From positions 1 through 52,888 of the forward strand of contig JBEKSD010000009.1 in assembly GCA_049517335.1 (NCBI GenBank): 52,888 nt of DNA, given 5' to 3'. Below the pieces are notes generated by a model. The model did no database searches. It was not told the origin of the DNA and saw only the letters and a list, made by a program, of their open reading frames with translations. Position numbers and translations under genes: made by a program. Numbering within the stretch: position 1 is the first letter of the stretch; every line of letters starts with the position of its first letter. Positions 9,599-18,150 of the stretch are shown piece after piece. Source of the stretch: Candidatus Omnitrophota bacterium (lineage in GTDB: Bacteria; Omnitrophota; Gorgyraeia; Gygaellales; Profunditerraquicolaceae).

Positions 9599-10077
9599 AT
9601 TTAATCCTCTTAATTGTTTTACTAATAGCCGCGCTTTGGACGGTAATGACAACAAGGCTGATTAGGGCGGTGGTGGGGCTGGCATTAACCAGCGCTATAC
9701 TTTCTATCATCATCTTCAGATTGAATTCTCCACTTGCCGCAGTCTTTGAGCTTTCTGTCTGCGCCGGCCTTATCCCGGTTATCTTTATTACTACCATCAG
9801 TTTTACTGAGCGCGTCAACAAAGAACGTTTCGCTTCGCTTAGGATTGAGAGGTTCGGGAAATACTGGTTACTGCCGGTAATTATAGTAATCTGCGCTATT
9901 GCGCTTTCCCTGGTTAAGTTTAGAATAAATTTTAACGTGCCCCGGGCAATAATTGATACGGATGCGCGCAATATCATCTGGTATTTAAGGCATATGGATT
10001 TATTGGGGCAGGTGTTAATACTCTTGGCAGGAGCTTTTGCCGTGGTCGTATTATTCAAGGAGCCTTTAAAAAAATGA
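9589..10077 (+). CDS. Hydrogenase membrane subunit (NuoJ-like)
   Basis: Five hydrophobic segments, LAAVFELSVCAGLIPV motif, operon position. Confidence 0.75.
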   Translation: MALDLILLIVLLIAALWTVMTTRLIRAVVGLALTSAILSIIIFRLNSPLAAVFELSVCAGLIPVIFITTISFTERVNKERFASLRIERFGKYWLLPVIIVICAIALSLVKFRINFNVPRAIIDTDARNIIWYLRHMDLLGQVLILLAGAFAVVVLFKEPLKK

Positions 10078-10394
10078 GTTTTGATCTAGCGGGAATTTTT
10101 TGGCTTTTTAGTATTTTTGTCATTCTGCTTGGTATCGCAGGCGCCTATTGTATTCTGGTAACCTTTAATTTAATCCGTGCACTCCTGGGTCTTGAGCTGC
10201 TGATCAAAGCGGCAACACTTTTAATAATCCTCGCAGGTTATCTGACGCACTCCACCGGCCTTGCGCAGGCGCTTGTCGTTACTTTAATCGTTATTGAAGT
10301 TGTGGTCATGGTTGTAGCAGGCGGGATTATCTTAAGTTTATTTCGGCATTATAAAACAATAGATGCAAGGAAACTTACGCAGTTAAAAGGATAA
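10074..10394 (+). CDS. Hydrogenase membrane subunit (NuoK/MrpC-like)
   Basis: NLIRALLGLELL, LIVIEVVV, C-terminal TIDARKLTQLKG. Confidence 0.85.
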   Translation: MSFDLAGIFWLFSIFVILLGIAGAYCILVTFNLIRALLGLELLIKAATLLIILAGYLTHSTGLAQALVVTLIVIEVVVMVVAGGIILSLFRHYKTIDARKLTQLKG

Positions 10395-10400
10395 GTTAAT

Positions 10401-10736
10401 ATGCAAGGCACACAATTATTGATACCGCCGGTAGCATTTATAGTGGTCCTCTTGGCGCTCGTTATCTTAAGCCGCATTTTTTCTTTTTTAGCTTTTAAGA
10501 AGAAACAGTCCGAAGAGTCCGGGGAGTCATACGCCTGCGGAGAGGATTTTCAGGAGCATGTGGTGCAGCCGGATTACAGCCAGTTTTTTCCTTTTGCTTA
10601 TTTCTTTACGATATTACACGTGGTCGTTCTGGTGATTGCTACTATCCCGGAAGTAAATATCCCGATATTTAGCGCAGCGCTTATTTACATACTGGGAGCG
10701 GTGTTAGGACTTATTACACTTTTAAGGAGGCAGTAA
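10401..10736 (+). CDS. Hydrogenase membrane subunit (NuoA-like)
   Basis: Three TM segments with the ESYACGE loop (compare NuoA YECG). Confidence 0.75.
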   Translation: MQGTQLLIPPVAFIVVLLALVILSRIFSFLAFKKKQSEESGESYACGEDFQEHVVQPDYSQFFPFAYFFTILHVVVLVIATIPEVNIPIFSAALIYILGAVLGLITLLRRQ

Positions 10737-10744
10737 GCTTAAAA

Positions 10745-11191
10745 ATGGGAGTAGTTAAAAGAATAGTCAATTGGGCGCGGCTTAAGTCGCCGTGGGTGCT
10801 GCATTTTAATACCGGGGCCTGCAATGCCTGCGATATAGAAATAGTCGCATCCTTAACGCCAAGGTACGATATAGAGCGTTTCGGCGCAGTGCTTAAAGGC
10901 ACTCCCCGCCATGCGGATATACTTTTATGCTCCGGGCCGGTGACCAAGCAGATTGAATGCCGTTTAAAGAGGGTCTATGAGCAGATGGCTGAGCCGAAAT
11001 TCGTAGTGGCGATAGGTACCTGCGCCTGCAGTGGAGGAGTTTTTAACGGCTGTTATAATGTAAAGGCGGGTATCAATTCGGTAATCCCTGTTTCAGCTTA
11101 TATCCCGGGATGTCCGGCTAGCCCTAAGGCGCTAATTGACGGCGTGGTTAAATTATTAAAGAGCTTGGAAGAAAGCGATGCAAAAAAATAG
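10745..11191 (+). CDS. [NiFe]-hydrogenase group 4 small subunit (NuoB/EchC-like)
   Basis: GACNACDIE, PRHADIL, AIGTCACSGG, YIPGCP. Confidence 0.92.
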   Translation: MGVVKRIVNWARLKSPWVLHFNTGACNACDIEIVASLTPRYDIERFGAVLKGTPRHADILLCSGPVTKQIECRLKRVYEQMAEPKFVVAIGTCACSGGVFNGCYNVKAGINSVIPVSAYIPGCPASPKALIDGVVKLLKSLEESDAKK

Positions 11192-11193
11192 AG

Positions 11194-11652
11194 GTGCTTA
11201 TGCTGGAAGAAAATATTAAACAGGAATTGGAAAAAAAATTCGGCTCTTTAAAGGATAAGATAACTATTCAGAGGCCACGAAGGATTTTTGTTGAGGCGCT
11301 TCAGGCTGATTTTTTTGAAATACTTGATTATCTGGTGAAAGAGATGGGCTTTTCTGCGCTATCGGCAATTACCGGCATGGATGAAGGCGCAACCTTCGGC
11401 GTTATTTACCATTTAAACAGGCAGGGAAGCATAATTTTAAATTTAAGGATTCATCTTACAAGAGAAAACCTTAAGATAAAGACAGTAACCGGCTATTTTT
11501 TGGAAGCAGATGCTTACGAAAGAGAGCTTGAAGATTTATTAGGGATTAAGGTTGAAGGTCTTGCCCCCGGCCACAGGTACCCGCTTCCGGATAACTGGCC
11601 GCAAGGAGAACATCCTTTACGTAAAGACTGGAAGGAGAGCCCGCATGCATAA
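11194..11652 (+). CDS. Hydrogenase subunit (NuoC/EchD-like)
   Basis: LSAITGMD, ADAYERELEDLLGI, HPLRKDW. Confidence 0.88.
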   Translation: MLMLEENIKQELEKKFGSLKDKITIQRPRRIFVEALQADFFEILDYLVKEMGFSALSAITGMDEGATFGVIYHLNRQGSIILNLRIHLTRENLKIKTVTGYFLEADAYERELEDLLGIKVEGLAPGHRYPLPDNWPQGEHPLRKDWKESPHA

Positions 11653-12874
11653 TTCAGGAGATGTAACAGTTCCTTTTGGCCCGCAGCATCCGGCGTTAAA
11701 AGAGCCGGAGAGTTTTTTAATCACGCTGCGCGGAGAGAAGATTACCGCAGCATCGGTGAGAATCGGCTATAACCACCGCGGCATAGAGAAGGCCTGCGAA
11801 GAAAGAACCTATATTCAGGATTTGTACCTTATTGAGAGAATATGTGGCATATGTTCGCATTCGCACTCAACCGCATTTGTGCAGGCAGTTGAGGAAATCG
11901 CTCAATTAGCCGTACCCAGGCGCGCATTGTATATCCGCACCCTGATAGCGGAGCTGGAAAGGGTGCACAGCCATTTATTGTGGTTGGGTGTTGCCGGGCA
12001 TGAGATCGGGTTTGACACTTTGCTTATGTACACCTGGCGCGACCGCGAAGCGGTAATGGATGTTTTAAGCATCTTAACCGGAAACCGCGTCAACTACGGT
12101 ATTAATACTATCGGAGGCGTACGCCGAGATATCAACAAGGAGCAGATTGATGAGGTATTAAAAGCAGTTGCTTTACTTGAAGAGAGGACCAAATATTATA
12201 TCCAGATCGGGACAGAAGAGACGACAATCGTCAAGAGGCTTTCGGGCGTAGGCATACTTTCTAAGGAGGACGCCTTAAAGTTGGGCGCGGTCGGCCCCAC
12301 TGCGCGCGCTTCTAGCATTAAACGCGATGTGCGTAAGGATGACCCCTATGCTGCGTATGCAGAGCTGGATTTTGAAGTAATCGTTGATGATAAATGCGAC
12401 GTTTACGGCAGGACGATTGTGCGCTTAAAAGAACTGCTGCAGTCGTATAATCTGGTGCGCCAGATTCTAAAACAACTTCCCGAAGGCCCTATTACAATCA
12501 AGGCACCGCGCAAGATTCCCGCGGGTGAAGCAGTCAGCCGCTATGAGGCGCCGCGCGGAGAGGATATGCATTATGTGCGCGCCAACGGCACAGACAAGCC
12601 GGACAGGGTCAAGGTCAGGCCGCCTACTTTGGCTAATGTTCAGGCAGTCTCAAAAATGCTTGAAGACAGGTACTTGGCGGATATGCCCATCGTGATTGCG
12701 GCAATTGATCCCTGTTTTTCCTGCACGGACAGGCTGATTTCAATTAAAGAGGCAAAAGCCAAGAAGACAAGAATTATCCCCTGGGAAATCCTGCACATTC
12801 AAAGCATTGAGTGGCATAAAAGCAGGGGAATAGATTTTTCAGGTTTGAACAAACGATTAGCGGAAAAATTCTAA
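11645..12874 (+). CDS. [NiFe]-hydrogenase group 4 large (catalytic) subunit
   Basis: From ATG 11645: FGPQHP, L1 motif ERICGICSHSH and L2 motif DPCFSCTDR (all four Ni-ligating Cys present), plus a cleavable C-terminal extension. Confidence 0.93.
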   Translation: MHNSGDVTVPFGPQHPALKEPESFLITLRGEKITAASVRIGYNHRGIEKACEERTYIQDLYLIERICGICSHSHSTAFVQAVEEIAQLAVPRRALYIRTLIAELERVHSHLLWLGVAGHEIGFDTLLMYTWRDREAVMDVLSILTGNRVNYGINTIGGVRRDINKEQIDEVLKAVALLEERTKYYIQIGTEETTIVKRLSGVGILSKEDALKLGAVGPTARASSIKRDVRKDDPYAAYAELDFEVIVDDKCDVYGRTIVRLKELLQSYNLVRQILKQLPEGPITIKAPRKIPAGEAVSRYEAPRGEDMHYVRANGTDKPDRVKVRPPTLANVQAVSKMLEDRYLADMPIVIAAIDPCFSCTDRLISIKEAKAKKTRIIPWEILHIQSIEWHKSRGIDFSGLNKRLAEKF

Positions 12875-12875
12875 T

Positions 12876-13814
12876 ATGGCAAAAGCATTGTTTAATATCC
12901 TGGTTTTCCCGGGCCTATCTTTTCTTTTTGTCTTCGCTTTGGCGGCAGAGTTTATTGACCGCAAGATAAGTGCCCGCCTGCAAAACAGGGTCGGCCCGCC
13001 GTGGTTCCAGCCGCTGGCTGATTTTATAAAGCTTTTAGCTAAAGAAGATATTCTGCCCAGAGAAGCCGATAAGGCGGTATTTAAACTGATGCCCGTTATT
13101 GCCTTAACGGCAACAGTCACTGCTTTCTTCTATATCCCGCTCTTTACGAAAGAGGCGTTATTTTATTTTAAAGGGGATGTGATCGTGGTCCTCTATTTAT
13201 TAACCATTCCTACCTTAACCTTTTTTCTCGGCGGATGGTATTCAAGGTCAGTTTATTCCATGCTCGGCGCAGTGCGCGCGCTTATCCAGCTATTTGCTTA
13301 TGAAGTGCCTTTGTTTATGAGCATACTCGCCGCAGCTCTGCTTGCCAACACCTGGTCGCTTACTGAGATGGTCCGCTTTTACTCATTACGCCCCTGGTTT
13401 TGGTGCTTAAACCTTATTGGTTTCGCGGTGGCTTTAGTCTCTTTGCTGGGAAAATTAGAAAGGACGCCGTTTGACATCCCTGAAGCGGAAACTGAAATTG
13501 TCGCCGGAGCCTTTACGGAATACAGCGGTAGGCTGCTGGCGTTGTTCAGGCTCGCCGTTAGTATTGAAATGATCGTAGGCGCGTCATTGTTAGTCGCGGT
13601 GTTTTTCCCGTTCTGGCTTGGGGCCGGGCCGGTTTTAGGCTTTATAATTTATTTAGGCAAGATCCTCTTCATAGTCGCATTAATTTCGCTTCTGCGCTCG
13701 GTCCTTGCGCGTTTGAGATTAGACCAGATGATAAATCTCTGCTGGAAGTTCCTTGCGCCCATTGCCCTTATTCAAGTGGTGCTTAATCTGGTTTTAAAGG
13801 GGGTTATACACTGA
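12876..13814 (+). CDS. Hydrogenase membrane subunit (NuoH/EchB-like)
   Basis: DRKISARLQNRVGPPWFQPLADFIKLLAKE, RTPFDIPEAETEIVAGAFTEYSG. Confidence 0.92.
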   Translation: MAKALFNILVFPGLSFLFVFALAAEFIDRKISARLQNRVGPPWFQPLADFIKLLAKEDILPREADKAVFKLMPVIALTATVTAFFYIPLFTKEALFYFKGDVIVVLYLLTIPTLTFFLGGWYSRSVYSMLGAVRALIQLFAYEVPLFMSILAAALLANTWSLTEMVRFYSLRPWFWCLNLIGFAVALVSLLGKLERTPFDIPEAETEIVAGAFTEYSGRLLALFRLAVSIEMIVGASLLVAVFFPFWLGAGPVLGFIIYLGKILFIVALISLLRSVLARLRLDQMINLCWKFLAPIALIQVVLNLVLKGVIH

Positions 13815-13815
13815 T

Positions 13816-14193
13816 ATGAAAAGGCCGGGGAAAATGATAAAAGAGATGCTGGAAAGTTTCCTGAAGAAGCCGGCTACCTTGAATTATCCTGCTGAGAAGT
13901 ATCCTATGCCTAAGGGTTTTCGCGGAAAGCTTAAGTTTAATCCCTCTGCATGCATAGGCTGCCTTATGTGTATGAAGGACTGCCCTACGGGCGCAATAAA
14001 GATAAATAAGGTAGGCGATAAGAAATTTGAATGCGAAATTGACTTGAGTAAATGTATTTACTGCGCGCAATGCGTGGATTCCTGCCCTAGAAAAGCCCTC
14101 GCCATAACCGATGAATATGAGCTCGCAAAGCTGGATACTAAATCACTCAAAATAGTTTATCATGCAGAACCTGAAAAACCTGCTGAAAAGTAA
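13816..14193 (+). CDS. 2x[4Fe-4S] ferredoxin-like subunit (NuoI/EchF-like)
   Basis: TLNYP...FRG, CIGCLMCMKDCP and CIYCAQCVDSCP. Confidence 0.92.
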   Translation: MKRPGKMIKEMLESFLKKPATLNYPAEKYPMPKGFRGKLKFNPSACIGCLMCMKDCPTGAIKINKVGDKKFECEIDLSKCIYCAQCVDSCPRKALAITDEYELAKLDTKSLKIVYHAEPEKPAEK

Positions 14194-14659
14194 ATTAAAT
14201 AAAGCAGAAAGGATTGCTCTTCTGGGGGTCGGCTCTGAATTCAGGGGCGATGATCTGGCCGGGATGCTTGTAGCAAAGAAGCTTGCCGCAAGAATTAAAA
14301 GCCGCAAATTTAAGGTATTTTTAGGCTCTACCGCTCCGGAAAACCTTACCGGCGAAATCAGGAAATTTAAACCCACCCATTTATTGATTGTTGATGCCGC
14401 GGACATAGGAAAAAAGGGAGGCTCCGTGACTATCTTGTGCGCCAAGGAGATAGCTGGGGCGACATTCTCTACGCACCGCCTGCCCGTGAAGTTAATTGCG
14501 GATTATCTTTCCTGCTCCATTGCCTGTGATACAATAGTTTTAGGCGTTCATCCGCAATCATTCGCATTCGGCAAAGAGCCTTCGCTAAAAATTAAAAAAG
14601 CGGTTAAGGATCTTTCGCAAATATTAGAAGAGGTGATATGTATTTCTCTCCAGATATGA
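14162..14659 (+). CDS. hycI: Hydrogenase maturation endopeptidase (HycI-like)
   Basis: LGVGSEFRGDDLAG, APEN, LIVDAAD, STHRLP. Confidence 0.88.
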   Translation: MQNLKNLLKSKLNKAERIALLGVGSEFRGDDLAGMLVAKKLAARIKSRKFKVFLGSTAPENLTGEIRKFKPTHLLIVDAADIGKKGGSVTILCAKEIAGATFSTHRLPVKLIADYLSCSIACDTIVLGVHPQSFAFGKEPSLKIKKAVKDLSQILEEVICISLQI

Positions 14660-15228
14660 CGGATTTGATATACGGCTTAAAGGACTTCGGCGTTTTTGTG
14701 GCGATGTTCCTCGAGTCGAGTGTTCTGCCTATACCTTCCGAGGTTATTATAATCGGGGCAGGTGCAATAGGGGTCTCTATTTTTTCTATAGTATTTTTTG
14801 GCACTCTGGGCTCTACGCTTGGCGCTATGCTCGGTTATGCTTTAGGTAGGTACGCAGCGATGCCCCTGGTGCTGAAGTTTGGTAAGTTCATACTAATTAA
14901 GCCCCACCATATCTATAAAGCAGAACAGTTTGCCAAGAAACACGGTACACGAAGCGTTTTAATCGGTAGGATCCTGCCGGTAGTCCCTTTTAAGGTATTC
15001 TCAATTGCCGCAGGCATTACGAAAATCCCATTTATACCTTTTGTGTTCTTTACTTTAGCAGGGGTAATACCAAGGATCATTATCTTAGTGGTTTTCGGTA
15101 TATCTATAGTAAAATACACCAAGCCTGTATTCTTGCTTATTGCATGCGCCATTGTTATATTCCTTGGCGTTAAGCTCACGGTTAAACTTTCAGCAAAAAA
15201 CAAGAAACAGCGCTTGACAAAGAAGTAA
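14638..15228 (+). CDS. DedA/VTT family membrane protein
   Basis: FLESSVLPIPSEVII, GAMLGYALGRY, LIGRILPVV. An alternative start at ATG 14656 overlaps the hycI stop. Confidence 0.88.
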   Translation: MYFSPDMTDLIYGLKDFGVFVAMFLESSVLPIPSEVIIIGAGAIGVSIFSIVFFGTLGSTLGAMLGYALGRYAAMPLVLKFGKFILIKPHHIYKAEQFAKKHGTRSVLIGRILPVVPFKVFSIAAGITKIPFIPFVFFTLAGVIPRIIILVVFGISIVKYTKPVFLLIACAIVIFLGVKLTVKLSAKNKKQRLTKK

Positions 15229-15241
15229 TTTGTGTTATATT
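15214..15241 (+). promoter_or_regulatory. sigma70-type promoter of the alternative sigma factor gene
   Basis: TTGACA-16 nt-TATATT with TGn extension. Confidence 0.7.
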
Positions 15242-15256
15242 TATATTGTAACTGGT

Positions 15257-15377
15257 AAGACGAAGATGTCTTCTAAGGCAAGCAGGTCGCTGAAGAAGGC
15301 ATTTTTTTTGCCCGCCTAGGGCGGGAAAGGACTAAGGCGTCCTTAATTTTCAAATACGAAAATTGAGGGCGTTTTTT
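15257..15377 (+). promoter_or_regulatory. Tandem ANTAR-type attenuators in the sigma gene leader
   Basis: AAGAC-GAAGAT-GTCTT overlaps terminator 1 (ATGTCTTCT...AGAAGGCAT plus T-run, 15266-15309). AAGGAC-TAAGGC-GTCCTT overlaps terminator 2 (GCGTCCTTAATTTTC-AAATAC-GAAAATTGAGGGCGT plus T-run, 15337-15377). Confidence 0.72.
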
Positions 15378-15447
15378 ATTATCGACACAGTTAGGGAATT
15401 GACCCTAAACAAGATAAGCATTGAATACGGGAGTGGCCTAGGAAGAA

Positions 15448-15972
15448 ATGTCATACGAACAACTGCTAAAAAAAATATCCCCGACCTTGAAGAGGATAAG
15501 CTATAAGTTAAATAAACAGGTTTCTTTTTGCAGTGCGGACGATTTATACCAGGAAGCCCTGATCCATCTTTGGCTTGATTTTTCTGCCGGTAAGTTAGCG
15601 GATAAGACAGATAGCTATATTTTGCAGGGTTGTTACTTTTATTTAAAGAACCATATACGTAAGAATAACGATAAAGTAAGGCTAATCAGCATTGACCCTA
15701 TGGATAGCGAAAGGGAAGATACGGCTAGGATTGATGAGATACGCTATCTAAGCTCAGCAGACTCTACTTTTGAAGATACCTATTGTAAAATGTTGATTGA
15801 GCAGATTAATAATAATGGTTTGACAATCCGGGAAAAGCAAGTTTTCAATTTTGCTTTAAAAGGGCTTACGGTAAGAGAAATAGGTGGTAGGTTAGGGATA
15901 TCCCATGTCCGGGTAGTTAAACTTCGCCGTTCAATTGCGGAGAAATGCTTAAAACACATTGATAAAATATGA
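15448..15972 (+). CDS. Alternative (ECF-like) sigma70-family RNA polymerase sigma factor
   Basis: 174 aa with only region 2 (SADDLYQEALIHLW) and a region 4 HTH (LTIREKQVF...GLTVREIGGRLGISHVRV). No adjacent anti-sigma gene. Confidence 0.85.
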   Translation: MSYEQLLKKISPTLKRISYKLNKQVSFCSADDLYQEALIHLWLDFSAGKLADKTDSYILQGCYFYLKNHIRKNNDKVRLISIDPMDSEREDTARIDEIRYLSSADSTFEDTYCKMLIEQINNNGLTIREKQVFNFALKGLTVREIGGRLGISHVRVVKLRRSIAEKCLKHIDKI

Positions 15973-16009
15973 AATTAGGGACGAGTAACTAAAGAAACGT
16001 CTCTAATTT
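15972..16009 (+). terminator. Hairpin closing the sigma gene transcript
   Basis: 12-bp stem AAATTAGGGACG / CGTCTCTAATTT directly after the stop codon and directly before promoter motif copy 1. The U-tail is weak. Confidence 0.5.
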
Positions 16010-16012
16010 GTG

Positions 16013-16042
16013 GTTACCAAAAATAAGGTATTTTTACTTGTA
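16013..16042 (+). promoter_or_regulatory. Conserved bipartite promoter motif, copy 1 (GTTACCA-N16-ACTTGTA)
   Basis: GTTACCA-AAAATAAGGTATTTTT-ACTTGTA. Both 7-mers and the spacing are identical in 4 intergenic regions. Confidence 0.85.
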
Positions 16043-16062
16043 CTAATGTAAGAGAAGTTCAA

Positions 16063-16200
16063 ACACATTGCTGTGTAAGCAGTAATACAATGGCGTTCCT
16101 TAAAAGAGTAAGTAAGGAACGCTTTTATTTTTTTAAGTCTTTTTAAGACGCAGACGTCTTTTGTATCCCATTGATGGGGATGAAAAGGCGTCTTTTTTTT
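16063..16200 (+). promoter_or_regulatory. ANTAR dual-hairpin leader with two terminators (permease-PII operon)
   Basis: P1 ACAC-ATTGCT-GTGT. P2 AC-AATGGC-GT overlaps terminator GGCGTTCCTTA...TAAGGAACGCT plus T-rich tail. A third hexaloop, AAGAC-GCAGAC-GTCTT, overlaps a second terminator (16152-16200). Confidence 0.8.
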
Positions 16201-16229
16201 GTGAATTAAATTACGAGGGAGGCTTAAAG

Positions 16230-18098
16230 ATGGCTCAAAATCAGAATGATTCTTCTCTAGTAAAACCAAAACTTGGTTTGTTGGGCGCTGCGATGAACGC
16301 CATGGCCTTGATTGCCCCAGGTGCTTTTTTGTGGATTACCTTTCAGCTTCAAGCTGCTGCTACAGCGCCAAGTGGTGCTTCCGTTGCAAGCGATCTCTGG
16401 GCAGGAATTGCGCTTGCTTTGGCTGTCTGTTTCTTAACCGCATTATCCTATTCGGAACTGGCAAAAATTTATCCTGAGGCAGGTTTTGCCAGCTGCACCT
16501 ATTTTGCGGAGAAGGCCTTCTTGGATAGCCGTAAAGAAAAAGTAAGCGGTCCCACTTCAATGGCCCGCGTAGCCAAACTTACTACCGGGTGGGCTGCCCA
16601 TCTTTTTTATTGGGTCTATCCGGGTGTAATGGTAGCCATGATGGCGACGTTAATCGGCTATATTTATAACCAATTTACAGGCCAGTCATTATCACTAACG
16701 AATTTAACTATAATAGGTGTCATATTTACGGTTGTGACCGGATATATTGCCTACCGGGGGGTGACCGGCTCAACCTTAACGGCGATTTGGATTAATATTA
16801 TCCAGTGGGTCACTCTGGTAATTTTTACCAGCCTGGCTATATGGTACCGTATTGCTAACCCCCAACACGTAACGCAGTGGGCTTTTAGCGGGGGCTTGGA
16901 TATTATTAAGATACATTCCTTACAGGGTATTTTGGTTCAGTCTACTATAGCTATTTTGATCCTCGTCGGTTTTGAAAGCTGCACAGCTTTAGCAGCTGAA
17001 ACAAAAGATCCTAAAACAACAATCCCTAAGGCGATTATCATTTCTCTTATTGTCCAGGGGTTGTTTGCTTATTTGTTTGAGTATTTTGGTGCCGGATTTA
17101 TGCTGAGTGAAAAGTTAGTCAATACGACAGGCACGACTACGCTAACCGGCATGGCTGCTGCTGCGGCATCGGGTGCCCCAATTGGAGACCTTGCCAAGTT
17201 GATTGGAGATTCTCTCTTTCATGGCTTGGGATTCGGTTTAATGATTACTATGGCAATTACCGTTGCTATAGCGGTAATCGGAACAACCTTAAGCTGTATG
17301 AATACGGCTATGCGGGTCAGCGCGGGCATGGCCGAGGATCGGGAACTGCCCTCTTCCTTAAGCTTCATACACACTAAGTATATTACGCCACATGTTTCTC
17401 TTGCTACCTTGATCCTGGTTACTTCAGTAATCGGGGCTATTGGTGTGCGTTCCGTTGTAGGGCTGATTGGTATTACGCTTGCCTCAAACCTGGGGACATT
17501 CATACTCTATGGCCTCACTTGTATATGGACTATTGTGGCGTTTAAGGATAGGAAAGATTTCAATGTTTTAAAACACGGCATCATACCTGCTCTGGGCGTT
17601 ATCGCTAACGTTGTTATGACCATAGGTATTTTGTACCTTTATATTATTGGTAACGCTGATGCCAAGTCAGAAGCAAAAATTTGTTTCATGATCGCCGGAG
17701 GGTGGGCACTGATAAGTATTATATATATTGCCGTGACTACCGTACGCAAGACTTATCGTTTGAAGATAGTATCAGGCATGATCCGGCCAGAGCAGCTTAA
17801 TGTTGTTGTGCAGGCCCTTAAAGAAGATGAATGTATCTTAGGTATGACGGTCACAAAAGTAAAAGGATTCGGCAGGCAAAAAGGCCACCTTGATGGGGAG
17901 CCAGCAAGTGACAAGATTACTTTTATCCCCAAGGTAAGAGTTGATGTTGTAGTAAAGGAATGGGACGTTCCCCAGATTATGGATATTATCAGTGAGGCTG
18001 CGCGTACTGGTAATGTAGGTGACGGTAAGATCTTTGTTACGGATGCTTCAGAAGCGATGCGTATCCGCACAGGAGAAACCGGTGTTTGGGCGATATAG
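16230..18098 (+). CDS. APC-family amino acid/amine permease fused to a C-terminal PII domain
   Basis: ATG 16230 after GGAGG. About 12 TM segments with LVGFESCTALAAETKDPKTTIPKA and MAEDRELP. The C-terminal ~110 aa are PII-like (MIRPEQL, GMTVTKVKGFGRQKG, ARTGNVGDGKIFV, RIRTGE). Confidence 0.9.
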   Translation: MAQNQNDSSLVKPKLGLLGAAMNAMALIAPGAFLWITFQLQAAATAPSGASVASDLWAGIALALAVCFLTALSYSELAKIYPEAGFASCTYFAEKAFLDSRKEKVSGPTSMARVAKLTTGWAAHLFYWVYPGVMVAMMATLIGYIYNQFTGQSLSLTNLTIIGVIFTVVTGYIAYRGVTGSTLTAIWINIIQWVTLVIFTSLAIWYRIANPQHVTQWAFSGGLDIIKIHSLQGILVQSTIAILILVGFESCTALAAETKDPKTTIPKAIIISLIVQGLFAYLFEYFGAGFMLSEKLVNTTGTTTLTGMAAAAASGAPIGDLAKLIGDSLFHGLGFGLMITMAITVAIAVIGTTLSCMNTAMRVSAGMAEDRELPSSLSFIHTKYITPHVSLATLILVTSVIGAIGVRSVVGLIGITLASNLGTFILYGLTCIWTIVAFKDRKDFNVLKHGIIPALGVIANVVMTIGILYLYIIGNADAKSEAKICFMIAGGWALISIIYIAVTTVRKTYRLKIVSGMIRPEQLNVVVQALKEDECILGMTVTKVKGFGRQKGHLDGEPASDKITFIPKVRVDVVVKEWDVPQIMDIISEAARTGNVGDGKIFVTDASEAMRIRTGETGVWAI

Positions 18099-18150
18099 TA
18101 AAGGCCAAAAGTATAACCAGGAGTCATTTAGAGAGGGGGGGGATATTTTA

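Noticed and set aside
4951-14193. Annotation as NADH dehydrogenase (nuo) or Mrp antiporter
   Set aside because: The NuoD-like subunit has both Ni-binding CxxC motifs and a cleavable tail, a HycI protease follows, and no NuoEFG is present.
16161-16229. Longer N-termini given by the ORF track (16161; likewise 11552, 18019, 35577, 37614)
   Set aside because: These extensions run through terminators or upstream genes. Downstream ATGs with SD sequences or stop-start coupling are more plausible.
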